A DNA stretch of 64,000 nt from Candidatus Doudnabacteria bacterium (lineage in GTDB: Bacteria; Patescibacteriota; Doudnabacteria; UBA920). This document shows positions 19,253-30,371 of this stretch, in pieces. A model generated the notes under the pieces. It was not told the origin of the DNA. It did no database searches and saw only the letters and a list, made by a program, of their open reading frames with translations. The translations under genes and the position numbers were made by a program. Within the stretch, counting starts at the first letter, position 1; the number at the start of each line of letters is the position of its first letter. The DNA lies in the NCBI GenBank assembly GCA_031291995.1, contig JARLHZ010000025.1, forward strand, positions 25,174 to 89,173. Direction: 5' to 3'.

Positions 19253-22200
19253 TTATTGGGTAATCGTGAAATATTCTCCGCCGCTTCGGCCGAAGTTTTC
19301 GGGGGTGTAGAGTTCGCTGGCTATGGCGGGCTGGGCTTGGAATTTGCCGGGGATTAGGGCGCGGATAAAGTAATCATATTCATAGACGCCCGGGTCGAGA
19401 TGCTGGTTAAACAGCATCAGGCGGTCGTCGTGAAATTCCGTGGAATCGGGCCGCAACTTGTCCGTTTGGGTAATAAAGCCGGAGTAAATTTCGTCCGGCA
19501 AATCGCCCTGGGCGGAAGAGGCCGGCGACAGCGCGCTCTTACGCACAAACCAGCCTTTTATCCAAAGCCAGGTTCTGGTAAAAAATCCGGGCCGGTTCAC
19601 CACAACCGGTTTTGGCGCGGGGATGGGCGCCGCGGTTATCTGATTGTCGATATTCACCGGCGCGTTAGCCTGACCGGCCAGATTTTGGTCTTCCGTGGCC
19701 AAATTATAATTAACCAATTGCGTGCCGGCCGGAATGAAGCTTTCTACGGCCACAAAATTCCGCGGTTTCGTAATGGTAATGGTTAAATGCCCGCGCAGGA
19801 CATCACCAACTTTGGCTGAAGTCAGCGGCGTTTTACCGGCCGCGTCATCCAAAGCGTACATTTCCCTTTGCACGGTAAAGCCCTCGTCTTTGGGCGCCAC
19901 GCCGTCGATAGGCAGATAATATTTCAACACCATGTCGTAATAAAAACCGTTTGGCTGGTCATTGAGATTTTTTTTGACGAACTTCAGTTCGCTTAACTTA
20001 TTCGGCGTAAAACTGTCTATCGGGATGATGGCGCTAAGCGAGCCTAAAATATTCTGACTGTTAAAAGTCACGCCGCCTTTATTGTTGCCGTCCTGAAATA
20101 AATCCAAACTGAAATTGGAAAGATTTTCGCGGCTAAAATTCAGGTAATCCACCAGCGCGTCCAAAACCGTAGCTGTGTTGTTTGTTGTCCCCCACGACCC
20201 GTCCTGGGCGCGGGAATTTTGCAGCCAGCGGATAAGCTTGTCCGTCATGGCAAAACTTCGGCTGGCATCCGCCTCCGCTTTTAGCAGGAGCGCGGTATCC
20301 TTAACCGGCGTTTCGTAATACTGCCACAAATTCTCCTGCGTACTGCCGGTGGACAAATAAGCGCCGCGGCCATCCACCACCACGCGATTTTCCAAAACGG
20401 TGAAAACTTTCCGGCTAAACGCGCTGGATTGGTTTTGCGAAGTCAGCAGCGCCAAATAAACCAAAGACAAATTACTGATGTCTTCCTGAAAATATTTGCT
20501 GTTTTGGTCAAGCCTTAACACCCGGCTCATGAGCAGGGACAGCTCTCCGGCCTGGCTGTTTATGCCGCTTAAAGTATAGGCGGTCAAAATTAACGTGTCA
20601 TTATTGGAATTTAACCCTAAAGTGCCGTTAAACGTCTGGGCCACATAAGCCGCGGCTTTGTCTTCGGCCGTCTGGTTAATCTTGTAACCGGCCTGCTTTA
20701 ACTGCTGTAGGGCGTTAATCACATCCAGAGTCAAATAATAATCCGAACTCATTTGCGGATAATAAGCAAAACCACCGTCGGAATTCTGATTGGACATAAT
20801 TCTCTGCTGGCCGATTTGGATGACATCGTCCGCCGAATAACTCTGGCCGTCAAAAGTTACGTTCGGCAATTTAAATTTGTCGCCCAAATTTTTAATTTGC
20901 GTAAAACGTTTGGCCGTAGCCACGGCGGCCAGCTTGCTCATCATCTGTTCGGTACAGCCGTACGGATACTGGACCAGATAATTTAAGGCGTCCGGAATTA
21001 CCCCGGCCAGCGTGGCCGAACCTTTTACAGTTACCCCGCCTTTGCCCGGCACCACGTTTTGCGGCAGCCAGACATATTCGCTGGCAGTGGCATCCGTCGT
21101 ATAATTGGAAGTCGAGACCGCCTCATAAGTCCGGCTCGGCTCCACCGGAAAACTGGCGTCCACGCTGTCCTGGAAGTTGTTATTTTTGGCGGTCAGGTTT
21201 AAAGTATCCGTGCCGCTATCCATAGAGGTCGGAGCCGTGACTTTAAAATAGACGCTTTGAGTCTGCCCGGCATCCAGTGAAATATTTTGGCTTTTATTGT
21301 CGGTTATTTGCAAAGTCGAACTGTCCAAAGTTACCGCCAGCTGTTGTTTGGCACCGGTCTGGTTAAACACTTTGCCGCCCACCACAAACTGGTCGCCGGG
21401 AATAATAAACAACGGCACTAAAGGTGTAACCATCAGCTGTTTTTGGGCGGTAAACTGCCCGTAGCCCACACCCAGTTTGGTGTCCTGCGTGAGCCCGAGG
21501 CTTTCCACCTGCCAAGTGGTCAAATTGTCCGGTAACGTAAACTTAACCTGGGCGTGACCAGCGGCATCGGTTTCCACATCGCTGTTCCAGTATGCCGTAT
21601 CTTTAAACACGCCGCGTTTTTTGTTGGCCAAATCCCCGGGCTCGGCGCCGCTCCCGCCTTTGGTGCCGGTTGGAATTTGCGCCTGCTCCAGAATATTTTT
21701 TAAGTTGGATGATGTCGTCACCGCCAGAGGCCGTCCATCGTAAAAGAAACTGACCGGATCTTTTTTGGGGTTGCCCGCCAAAGCCAGTACGCTCAAATCT
21801 GCCACGGACAACGACACGTCGGCCGCCACCGGCTTCCCGCCCGCGTCTTTGGTGGTAATGTTAAGCGTTACCTCTTCGCCCGGTAAATAACTGCTCTTGT
21901 TGGGCGCAGCCTCCACGGTAATGGTTTTTTCTTTGGTATTAACAAAGAATTCCGCCTGGCCGAATTTAACCTGGGGATCGGGCGACAACAGCAAAACTGT
22001 GGCGTAAAAATTCGGGTAATACGAGTCTTTCACCTGGAAAGTATAGTTGTAAAAATTGCTGTTAATGTCCACAACCTGATAATCCATTATCCGGCCGCTT
22101 TCAATGGCAATAAGCGCCTTGGCTTTGGTAAAGGGCGATTTAATTACCATGCTCGCCGATTGTCCGGCCTCAACCTGGGAATTGGGCACCGCAATATCCA

Positions 22201-25200
22201 AAGAATCGTTATTCAATGGCTGAATATCCACAGTCCCGCTGCCATAAACATAAAAACTCTGGCTGGAGGTAACCGGGTTACCGCGGCTGTCCTTGCCTAA
22301 AACATCCAGTTCGTATTCGCCTTCATCTTTGACCGTAAAATCCTGGCTGAAATTTCCCTGGCCGTCGGTATTGGCGGTAATGGTCTGGACGGTATCCAGC
22401 TTTTTCTGGGAATTATAATAGTAACCGCCGTCGACTTCCTGGCGCTTATCGTACTGCCAGGTGACTTTGCTGACCGTGGCGGAAATATTGGAAACGGACA
22501 CCGGCTTTCCCTGGGTATCCACGGATTTGATTAAAATTTTATTCGGCTGGTTGGCGGCAAAATAATTATTCTGCAAATTCACCCCGAGATAAAACAATCC
22601 GCGGTGTACAATAAACGACTGTTCGCCCGAAACCGACTGGCCGGTACTGTTTTTGACCGTGACGCGCACGTCAAAAATTTTACTCTGCTTGCGGTCGTCG
22701 CTATTGGAAAATAGTTTATCAAAATCGAGGTCCTGCGTAATCGTCGCTTTTCCCTGATTGTCCAAATTCGCTTTGCCCCGCAAAATAAAATTATCTCCAT
22801 AAATCGGGCTGGGCGAATAATACCAACCGGCGCCGAACTGGAAGTTTTGGTCCTGATAGCGGTCAAAGTAATAGTTCTGCGCCAGCACGGAATACTCCAC
22901 GCTACCTCCTTCCACCGGCACGCCAAAATAGTAGTTGGCGTTAACATTGAGGTTAAAATTATCGCCGGCAATGTATTCCGGTTTGTCCGTGGATAAATCC
23001 AGTTTAAAAGCGGACGGCACGTATTCTTCCACGTCAAAAGTATAAATACCGCCCAAGGCTTCCACTCGGTACGTTCCCAGCGGGGCATCGGCCGGTAAAT
23101 CAAACTCGGTATTAAACGTTCCTTGAGCGGTAATATTCAAATCCTGAGTTTGAACCGCGTTGTTATTACTGTCAAAAATCTGCATATGCGCCGGCTTGCC
23201 CTGGAAAACCTGGTAAACGCCGTCGTAACCGATGCGATACAAACCCTTAATGAAAACCTGTTGGCCGGGACGGTAAATTGGCCGGTCGGAATAAATATAG
23301 GTTTTATCGCCGCCCGGGTTAGCCCCCGACCACTGGAATTTGTCCGTAGCCGAAGAAACCAGCGTGCTGTCCTGTCCGTTAGTCACAATAGCCGCCCCAT
23401 AACCGCTATAAGCTTTGGTTCTCGCGATGCCGTCACTGCCGGTTTGAGCGTTATCAAACAAAGTATAGCCGCCTTTGTTCCCCTGCTGGTAAACCGCGAC
23501 TTGGGCGCCGGCTACGGCATCCATACTGCCGATTTGCGTTACCCAATATAAATTCCCCTGGGCATCATTTATAACTTGATTTTCCACCGACCGCTCGGGA
23601 GTTGCGCCATCCGCCACCTCCACCTTTTTTTCCTGCGCCGCCAAATTGGTCACGTTCAAAAAAGTCCGCTCGAACAACATTGGGCCCGGATTGGTTTGGC
23701 CGGTTTTATAATCATAAACCTGCTGGCGCAAATTGGGATTGGAAAAAGTTAAGATATAATAACCCAACGGGTCGGGCACGAGATCCCGCAAGTCAAACTG
23801 GAAATAATTCAAATCCCAATATTTGGGCGGCCAGGTAATATTCTTTTGCCAGGTCTGCTGGCAATTTAAACTCTGCCCCGGCGTCGAATCGGATGGCCGG
23901 TTGGCCAAATACTGGAGCATGGCCTGTGCCGTAACCTGGCAAACCTGCAAATCAACATTGTCCAAATTTTCCGTGGCGTAAGTCAGCTTGGTTTGGCCGG
24001 GAGAAGTTACATTGTAATCTTTTTGCAAAGAATTAAATCCGGTGTGCAGGCTGTCAATTTTTCCCGAGGTAAAACTTAAATTTTGGCTGACGTTCTGGCC
24101 GAACTGGTCGGTTAAATTTAACTGTAACTGATAATCGGTCTGGGGATGCAGGCCGTAAAGCAAGTGGCTGTCATATTGTCCCGCGTCGCATTTTTCATTA
24201 TCGCCGGGTTGCCTGGAAGATACTTTATACGGCGGTTGCCACGTCCACTTACCCACCGTAACATTAGACTTCAGTATTTGGTAAAAAGTTTCGGGCTGGG
24301 CGTCGACAATCGGCGTGTTGCTGCAAATGACCAGGTCGGTAACGCTCGCGGAATTTTCTCCCTGGGCCGGGGAAGTGCTCAGAATCTTTGGCTGAGGATA
24401 AACCGTCACCGACTCATGGATGCTTTGGGAATTTAACTGCAGACCCTTGGTATTTACGATTTTTACCAATTCCACGTCAAAATTTTGGGCGGGCGCAAAG
24501 CTATCCGGATTGAAACTTAACAGGAGCTGCTTTTTATTGTCTTGTTTTTGGCAATCCGAACCGTTCATTATTTTGTTGCCGTCGGCATCATACTGGCAAA
24601 CCTGGCCATATGACACGCCGGTAAAATTGGGGGCTTTAAACTGGGAACTGTCTTTGTCGATATCTTCATAAAAATTCAGAACCAGATGCCCTTTTGGGTC
24701 AAACAAACCCGGATCAACCAATTCCGAACGCGGGGAATCGGCCGCCACCGACGCAATAATGTCCGGCACCTGGATCTGGACCGTCCTCGCCTCATCCAAT
24801 TTAATATCACCTTCAAGCGGTACCGCGCCTTTAATAGTTACCGAATAATTGGAATTACTGTCCCAAAATTTGGCCCGCCCGAATTTGTCTTTTTGCTGAT
24901 ATATATAGAGCAGGGACTTGTCGACATAATCGGCTTGTTTTCCGTTGCTGCCCAGGCTGACCGCGCGCGTCCCATATTCCGCGACAAAAGGCACGTTGCC
25001 GTTGTTGCCGGTATTTTTTACATCAATTAACCCCTGGGTCTTATTTAAGTCCACAGGCTGGTTAAACTGGATACTGACCGGTTCGTCATACAGCGTCGGC
25101 CCATCGTGATGAATGGTGTTGGAGTTATAGCGTAGCGGCCGGGTAGTAAAATGACTTTCCATAGGCGCCACCGGCAAACCATCCATCGACACAAAACCGC

Positions 25201-25918
25201 TACCCACGCTAACGGTGTAGTTACTGGACCTGGCAAGTCGCGTGTCGGGAATAAACTGTAAGTTCCGCGTGCTAATCCATTTAAACTTTCCGGCGGTTTG
25301 AGGGGTTATAGTCACGGGAATTTTCACGCTCAGCTGTTGGTCTAAAGTTGTCAGCGGGATCATGGGCCGGTTAAAAGCGATGGTAACGCTCGAAGTCTCA
25401 GGCGCTTCGCTGCCGTCTTTGGGTAAAATGATGTCGATTTTTGGGTCGTCTACAACCTGAAAATCCTTGGCCAGATTCACTCCGTCCGCCGCCAAGGTAA
25501 TATGATAATATGTGTTCAACTTTAGCTGTTGTTCGGGTTTAAATACCAATTGTTTGACGGTCGAACCTGCCGACCAACTGCCCAATACTTCGGGGTCAAA
25601 GCTGATGCTGTTTTTTGCCTCATCGGGAGTTAAGTTTATGCTGTCCGGCAAATTTACCAGCACGGCGGCGCTTTGGGAAATTTTATCCGCCACCAGCCCC
25701 TGCGGCTGGTCCTGCCACTTAGGACCGTAATTTTTTTGATAAAAATAATGATAACCAAAAAAACCTACTCCGGCAAAAATTAAAACCGCCGCCAGAATAC
25801 CCAAAACCAGTCGGGATTTTTTCCAAACAGGAATTTTGGCTTTCGGCGGGATTAAATTACCCATGGGCATTTGGCCCGGTTCCGGAGGAATTTCGTCCAT
25901 ATAATTTAATTTCCTCAA
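19253..25918 (-). CDS. Alpha-2-macroglobulin family protein (bacterial A2M, MG domains plus thioester)
   Basis: 2221 aa with an N-terminal TM anchor. Thioester-type motif YPYGCTEQ followed by the A2M receptor-binding-like C-terminus. Confidence 0.8.
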   Translation of the reverse strand: MRKLNYMDEIPPEPGQMPMGNLIPPKAKIPVWKKSRLVLGILAAVLIFAGVGFFGYHYFYQKNYGPKWQDQPQGLVADKISQSAAVLVNLPDSINLTPDEAKNSISFDPEVLGSWSAGSTVKQLVFKPEQQLKLNTYYHITLAADGVNLAKDFQVVDDPKIDIILPKDGSEAPETSSVTIAFNRPMIPLTTLDQQLSVKIPVTITPQTAGKFKWISTRNLQFIPDTRLARSSNYTVSVGSGFVSMDGLPVAPMESHFTTRPLRYNSNTIHHDGPTLYDEPVSIQFNQPVDLNKTQGLIDVKNTGNNGNVPFVAEYGTRAVSLGSNGKQADYVDKSLLYIYQQKDKFGRAKFWDSNSNYSVTIKGAVPLEGDIKLDEARTVQIQVPDIIASVAADSPRSELVDPGLFDPKGHLVLNFYEDIDKDSSQFKAPNFTGVSYGQVCQYDADGNKIMNGSDCQKQDNKKQLLLSFNPDSFAPAQNFDVELVKIVNTKGLQLNSQSIHESVTVYPQPKILSTSPAQGENSASVTDLVICSNTPIVDAQPETFYQILKSNVTVGKWTWQPPYKVSSRQPGDNEKCDAGQYDSHLLYGLHPQTDYQLQLNLTDQFGQNVSQNLSFTSGKIDSLHTGFNSLQKDYNVTSPGQTKLTYATENLDNVDLQVCQVTAQAMLQYLANRPSDSTPGQSLNCQQTWQKNITWPPKYWDLNYFQFDLRDLVPDPLGYYILTFSNPNLRQQVYDYKTGQTNPGPMLFERTFLNVTNLAAQEKKVEVADGATPERSVENQVINDAQGNLYWVTQIGSMDAVAGAQVAVYQQGNKGGYTLFDNAQTGSDGIARTKAYSGYGAAIVTNGQDSTLVSSATDKFQWSGANPGGDKTYIYSDRPIYRPGQQVFIKGLYRIGYDGVYQVFQGKPAHMQIFDSNNNAVQTQDLNITAQGTFNTEFDLPADAPLGTYRVEALGGIYTFDVEEYVPSAFKLDLSTDKPEYIAGDNFNLNVNANYYFGVPVEGGSVEYSVLAQNYYFDRYQDQNFQFGAGWYYSPSPIYGDNFILRGKANLDNQGKATITQDLDFDKLFSNSDDRKQSKIFDVRVTVKNSTGQSVSGEQSFIVHRGLFYLGVNLQNNYFAANQPNKILIKSVDTQGKPVSVSNISATVSKVTWQYDKRQEVDGGYYYNSQKKLDTVQTITANTDGQGNFSQDFTVKDEGEYELDVLGKDSRGNPVTSSQSFYVYGSGTVDIQPLNNDSLDIAVPNSQVEAGQSASMVIKSPFTKAKALIAIESGRIMDYQVVDINSNFYNYTFQVKDSYYPNFYATVLLLSPDPQVKFGQAEFFVNTKEKTITVEAAPNKSSYLPGEEVTLNITTKDAGGKPVAADVSLSVADLSVLALAGNPKKDPVSFFYDGRPLAVTTSSNLKNILEQAQIPTGTKGGSGAEPGDLANKKRGVFKDTAYWNSDVETDAAGHAQVKFTLPDNLTTWQVESLGLTQDTKLGVGYGQFTAQKQLMVTPLVPLFIIPGDQFVVGGKVFNQTGAKQQLAVTLDSSTLQITDNKSQNISLDAGQTQSVYFKVTAPTSMDSGTDTLNLTAKNNNFQDSVDASFPVEPSRTYEAVSTSNYTTDATASEYVWLPQNVVPGKGGVTVKGSATLAGVIPDALNYLVQYPYGCTEQMMSKLAAVATAKRFTQIKNLGDKFKLPNVTFDGQSYSADDVIQIGQQRIMSNQNSDGGFAYYPQMSSDYYLTLDVINALQQLKQAGYKINQTAEDKAAAYVAQTFNGTLGLNSNNDTLILTAYTLSGINSQAGELSLLMSRVLRLDQNSKYFQEDISNLSLVYLALLTSQNQSSAFSRKVFTVLENRVVVDGRGAYLSTGSTQENLWQYYETPVKDTALLLKAEADASRSFAMTDKLIRWLQNSRAQDGSWGTTNNTATVLDALVDYLNFSRENLSNFSLDLFQDGNNKGGVTFNSQNILGSLSAIIPIDSFTPNKLSELKFVKKNLNDQPNGFYYDMVLKYYLPIDGVAPKDEGFTVQREMYALDDAAGKTPLTSAKVGDVLRGHLTITITKPRNFVAVESFIPAGTQLVNYNLATEDQNLAGQANAPVNIDNQITAAPIPAPKPVVVNRPGFFTRTWLWIKGWFVRKSALSPASSAQGDLPDEIYSGFITQTDKLRPDSTEFHDDRLMLFNQHLDPGVYEYDYFIRALIPGKFQAQPAIASELYTPENFGRSGGEYFTITQ

Positions 25919-25974
25919 AATTAAGATTAAATTTTTGTTTATAAGCTTATTATAGATGAAAGACGCTCAATGTC

Positions 25975-26013
25975 AAAAAATCCGCCCCAGCTCATTTGAG
26001 GGGCGGATTTTTT
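25975..26013. terminator. Hairpin terminator downstream of the surface-protein gene
   Basis: aaaaatccgcccc-agctcatttga-ggggcggatttttt. Confidence 0.65.
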
Positions 26014-26038
26014 ATTGATTATTTAACAGATAATCGAA

Positions 26039-29000
26039 TTATTGTCCGGAAGTTCCAGCCGTAAAAGTTACGGGTATAGATATCGCCACGTTAGGGATAC
26101 TGGAATTAATGTTGTTAATTATTACGTGCCCGTTAAAAATGGTTCCCGGGGGAGTTCCGGCAGGAATTACCACCGAAACATAAAAAGTGGAGTTACCGGC
26201 TACTGTAATTAATCCGGTTCCTGATCCTTGGCTGGAATTCGATACCCCAAGCCAAGACAGACTATTTGAATCTACTTGAACTATTAAGGGGTTAACGGTT
26301 GTGGCCGAAGAAAAATTTCCTCCGCTCACAGCAATAGCCTGCGCCGTGGTGCTAGCTGTAGAAACAAAGTTTAAAGATGTCGGAGCAACCGTAACGCCGC
26401 TTTGCGTGCCACAAATCCCGTTAACCTGGTCCAGCGGGCTGTTGCAACCGGCCTGTCTCATTGGCACGACGCCGATTTGGCTTAGCGCTTGTTCGGCGCT
26501 GTTGGCCGGCACCACATTCGTAAAACTAAAATTCCAGGAGTTAAATGTAAGAAGATCGGGAAACCCATACAGGCCGTTTGGCCCGACCAAATAAACCGTG
26601 CCGTTGTTGTTAATAATTGCTCCTACCCGAATACCGGTCGAACCCGAAACTGTAAAGTTTAAAGAGTTGCTTATACTTGAGCCGTTGCTGACATAAACCG
26701 AGTAAACGCCGGCGGCAACCGCAATCGAAGGCGCATTGCACGGACCGAGTTCGCCGGTTGAAATAGCGCAGGATGGCAAGTACGATGCCGGAACAATAAA
26801 AGTTAAAGTACTGCCGTCGGACGAAGCGCTCCCAGCCGTGCTAACTATACCCTGGCCAAAGTGGACAATATACTGGGTGCCGGGTGCAAACCCGCTACCG
26901 CTCATTGTCACCGTGGTACCGACCGGTCCGCTAGGGGGACTTAAACTATTAATGAAAGGGCCAGTGGAAGTTCCGCTGGTAACAGTAAACGGTTGAGTAT
27001 TGCTTGTCCCATTGGCGTTGACCACCGAGACCTGATAATTACCCGGGCCGACATTCAAATAATACTGTGGGCAGGCCGTACCGGCTGGACAATATGCGCC
27101 CATACCGCTCGGGATGTTAAATTGTAAAGTTTTCCCGTCGCTGGAACTGACATTACCTGCTGCCAAATTATTTGCCATTAAGATATTATTACCCGTTGAG
27201 GTAAACCCGCTGCCGGATATTGTCACCTGTGCGCCGACCGGACCGGAAGTCGGGTTTATTGTACTAATGGTCGGTATAGAACTAATTTTAACCAGATGTG
27301 CGCCGCACACCGGGTAAGGCTGTCCGCCCACATATTGGTAACCAGCCGGAGGCGCGGGATATTCACACTGCTGTGCGACAGTCGAGCTAACGATATTAAA
27401 TGGCGCGGGGCTGGAGCCGCTGGCGACAATGCCCGAGGCATCGGAAACCGTAATTACATATTGACCCGAAGTTAAACTCGCGCTGCCGCCGGACAGGTTA
27501 TTTACTTGGCCAACCGTCCAGCTATAGGAACCTGTATTGGCTACGTGATTGGCTATAACAAACGGCGCGAGAGTGGCTATCATCGGGCAAGGACCACTGG
27601 TGCAAGGGACTACATAATGGGAAATAGTAATATTTACATTGGATAACGGCGCCGAATTATTCCACTTTATAGTTTGCGTGTTACCCATTGTCCATTGCTC
27701 GCCGCCCGTAGGTGAAGTAATAACTATCGCCGATTGTGAACCGGTACATGTTCCGTTTATCTGACTAATCGGATCATTACAATTCGGATTGCGCGAAGGT
27801 ACAATGCCAATTTGGCTTAAGGCCTGTTCGGCGCTGCTCGCCTGGAGGACTTGCCTGAAGTTCCATCCCCAGGAATAAAATACCGCCAGGCTGGGAATAC
27901 CATACAACCCATTCTGCCCGACTAAATATACTGTACCGCCGTTGGTAAAGATAAGTTTGCCAACGCGGATATTGGAATTAGATTGTGCCGGATTAACAAC
28001 TAAAGTAAATTGCTTGCCTATTCCAGCCGAACCCGTACCCGCGTAAGATGGATCATTAATGGACAGGTTAAATGTATAGGTCCCGGCAGTTGTTGGCGTC
28101 CCATTAATATAAACTGTCCCGGTTCCTCCGCTTAAAGCTGGGGTCATGCCGTTGTTATTTAAACTCGGCGAGCCGGCTATCCCGGTATACAATCCGGGGG
28201 GCAAGCTGGAAAAACTGGAGTTTAAGGCATCCTGACCGCTGTAGGTGTAATAAATACCGCTGGCATAAGCTTGTCCGACAGTGGCGTTCGGTAAGCTAGT
28301 GGTAGTAATTTTCAAAGACTGGGAATTGCTGTTTGCGGCATTAACCACCATCACAAATTGTTTGGTCTGGGTCAAACCGCTTTGGTTGCTGACAGTCAAA
28401 GTAACATTATAATTTCCGGCTTGTGTTGGCGTGCCAACTAAAGTAATAACATTGGATTGCTCGTATTGGGAAAATAATTCGGTATTAAATACCTGTCCCG
28501 GGCTCATGGTTTCCGGCATCCCAATCCCCGCGGGCAGTCCGCTAAATGTCACCGACACCGGATTGACACTCCCCGTTTGGCTGAAGGTAATAGCGCTATT
28601 GGAATAGCTCTGGCCTACTGTAGCCGGCAATACTGAAAACTGATTAATAACCAGTGTGGGGGCAGGCAAACTGGCCGGAGCCGGATTTATTGTTAAGGTT
28701 ACCGGGACGATTATGGGTGCTCCCGGGAAGCTGCCGTTAATTTTAATATTAGTAGTATAAGTCCCTGTTGCAAGACCCGAAGGATTTATACCGGCGCCAA
28801 AACCATTGAGGACTTGCGGGTCGGCCGACAGGGTGCTGGTGTTATAACTCTCATTAAACCAAGCCGGCTGGTTGTCGACGCTGAATGAATACGGAACCGA
28901 AGTATTGGTAACGTTTACTAAAACCGCCGACTGCTGCTGGTAGATAACGTCTCCCTGGTTGGCCGTAAAATTAAAGGAAGTTTGAGATAACTTTAGGGTC

Positions 29001-30100
29001 TGCAGGGCGCTGGGCAATTCCGGACTTACAGTCACAGTAAAAGTATTGTTAGCCGTATTTCCCGCCGCATCAGTTACAGTGGCGGTGATTGTGTAGTTAC
29101 CCGCGGATTGCCAAATGTGGTATTGGGTATCAACCAAGCCCGAATATAAATTGGAACCCAATGAGAGAGCGGAATTATCGCCCCAATTAATAGAGTAACC
29201 TAATGAGCCAAACGGACTGGCGGAAACAAAATTATAAGTTGCAACGTTTCCAGCCATAACGGATGCCGGACCGGTGATAACCGGTTTGATTAAAGCCGCG
29301 GTTTGCGCGCAAGTATTATTAATTTGATCAAAGGGGTTGGCACAGCCGGAAAGTTTGGAAGGTACCATGCCGATTTGCGATAAAGCCAGTTCCGCGGCGT
29401 TGGCCGGGATAATCTGATTAAACGTAAAATTCCAGGAATAAAAAACCGCGGCGCTAGGAAAACCGTACAGGCCGTTTGACGCGACCAAATATACCGTTTT
29501 ATCGGTTGGGGTATAAATTAATTGACCAACCCGGATGGAAGCCGCAGTCGTGGTGGCTGAATGGTTATTAGAAGAGCCGCAAGTCCCGGCCAGCTGGGAC
29601 AGTGGATCACCGCATCCCGTCAAACGCGTCGGGACGTTGCTCAAAACGCTTAAATTCTGTTCGGCGGCATTTTCGGGTACAATCTGATTAAACTTAAAAT
29701 TCCAGGCGTAAAAAGTCGCGGCATTGGTAAAACCGTATAAGCCGTGCTGCCCGACTAAATATACCGTCTTACTTGTCGGATTATAAACCAGCTGCCCCAC
29801 TCGAATGGATGTTGTATCGCCAAGCACCCGGCCGCTAAACCCAAGCAGGTTTGGTTTGGCATGGGACATGGCTACCCGGGGGCTTGGGTCAACCGCCGTG
29901 GCAATTTCGGGAGAAGCCAAAGCCGCCAGCCCCGCTACCGAACTTGCGGCAAACAGCACAAATAATAAAGCCGCCAACGAATTCATGGGCGAATTAAAAA
30001 TCGCGTTAGTCCATGAGCTGATGGCGGATACCTTGCCGGTCCGTTTAACCGGTTTACGCGCGGAGCCGACTCTGCGCTTGCCGTAGGTGTAGGGGTTCAT
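26039..30100 (-). CDS. Large secreted/surface protein with four ~80-aa internal repeats and two IPT/TIG-like domains
   Basis: 1353 aa with an N-terminal TM/signal. Repeat consensus IRVGQLVYxPTxKTVYLVGxNGLYGFPxAAVFYSWNFxFNQ(I/V)xPAxxAExALSQIGxVPxxxxGCxxPxxQ(I/V)NGTC occurs four times. TIG-like PTISTINPTSGPVGAQVTISGSGF. AGGAGG RBS. Confidence 0.7.
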   Translation of the reverse strand: MNPYTYGKRRVGSARKPVKRTGKVSAISSWTNAIFNSPMNSLAALLFVLFAASSVAGLAALASPEIATAVDPSPRVAMSHAKPNLLGFSGRVLGDTTSIRVGQLVYNPTSKTVYLVGQHGLYGFTNAATFYAWNFKFNQIVPENAAEQNLSVLSNVPTRLTGCGDPLSQLAGTCGSSNNHSATTTAASIRVGQLIYTPTDKTVYLVASNGLYGFPSAAVFYSWNFTFNQIIPANAAELALSQIGMVPSKLSGCANPFDQINNTCAQTAALIKPVITGPASVMAGNVATYNFVSASPFGSLGYSINWGDNSALSLGSNLYSGLVDTQYHIWQSAGNYTITATVTDAAGNTANNTFTVTVSPELPSALQTLKLSQTSFNFTANQGDVIYQQQSAVLVNVTNTSVPYSFSVDNQPAWFNESYNTSTLSADPQVLNGFGAGINPSGLATGTYTTNIKINGSFPGAPIIVPVTLTINPAPASLPAPTLVINQFSVLPATVGQSYSNSAITFSQTGSVNPVSVTFSGLPAGIGMPETMSPGQVFNTELFSQYEQSNVITLVGTPTQAGNYNVTLTVSNQSGLTQTKQFVMVVNAANSNSQSLKITTTSLPNATVGQAYASGIYYTYSGQDALNSSFSSLPPGLYTGIAGSPSLNNNGMTPALSGGTGTVYINGTPTTAGTYTFNLSINDPSYAGTGSAGIGKQFTLVVNPAQSNSNIRVGKLIFTNGGTVYLVGQNGLYGIPSLAVFYSWGWNFRQVLQASSAEQALSQIGIVPSRNPNCNDPISQINGTCTGSQSAIVITSPTGGEQWTMGNTQTIKWNNSAPLSNVNITISHYVVPCTSGPCPMIATLAPFVIANHVANTGSYSWTVGQVNNLSGGSASLTSGQYVITVSDASGIVASGSSPAPFNIVSSTVAQQCEYPAPPAGYQYVGGQPYPVCGAHLVKISSIPTISTINPTSGPVGAQVTISGSGFTSTGNNILMANNLAAGNVSSSDGKTLQFNIPSGMGAYCPAGTACPQYYLNVGPGNYQVSVVNANGTSNTQPFTVTSGTSTGPFINSLSPPSGPVGTTVTMSGSGFAPGTQYIVHFGQGIVSTAGSASSDGSTLTFIVPASYLPSCAISTGELGPCNAPSIAVAAGVYSVYVSNGSSISNSLNFTVSGSTGIRVGAIINNNGTVYLVGPNGLYGFPDLLTFNSWNFSFTNVVPANSAEQALSQIGVVPMRQAGCNSPLDQVNGICGTQSGVTVAPTSLNFVSTASTTAQAIAVSGGNFSSATTVNPLIVQVDSNSLSWLGVSNSSQGSGTGLITVAGNSTFYVSVVIPAGTPPGTIFNGHVIINNINSSIPNVAISIPVTFTAGTSGQ

Positions 30101-30320
30101 TTGCTTGGCCTGTTAATTCCTCCTAAAGGACGTTTAACAGATATTTTTCCCGCAAAAAACCTAAACTCGGCTGATTTTGGCCGGCAAGGAATTTGCGATA
30201 TTAATTTTTATTTTTGTTTCAAAGGTGAACGGCTAATTTTGGCCAGACACCAAATTTAAAACTTGTACAATTATTATAGCATAAAATCATAAATTCCGCA
30301 AGAGCCCCGTATTATAACTA

Positions 30321-30345
30321 AAAAACCGCATATTTTTGCGGTTTT
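30321..30345. terminator. Hairpin terminator downstream of the pilB-like gene
   Basis: aaaaaccgca-tattttt-gcggtttt. Confidence 0.55.
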
Positions 30346-30371
30346 ACATAGTCAAAAACACATGTTTATCC

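Noticed and set aside
22579-23551. ORFs 22579-23103 (-) and 23123-23551 (+) inside the alpha-2-macroglobulin gene
   Set aside because: They are alternative-frame or antisense ORFs fully embedded in a 2221-aa gene with clear domain signatures, and their composition is Arg/Thr/Pro-biased. Spurious.
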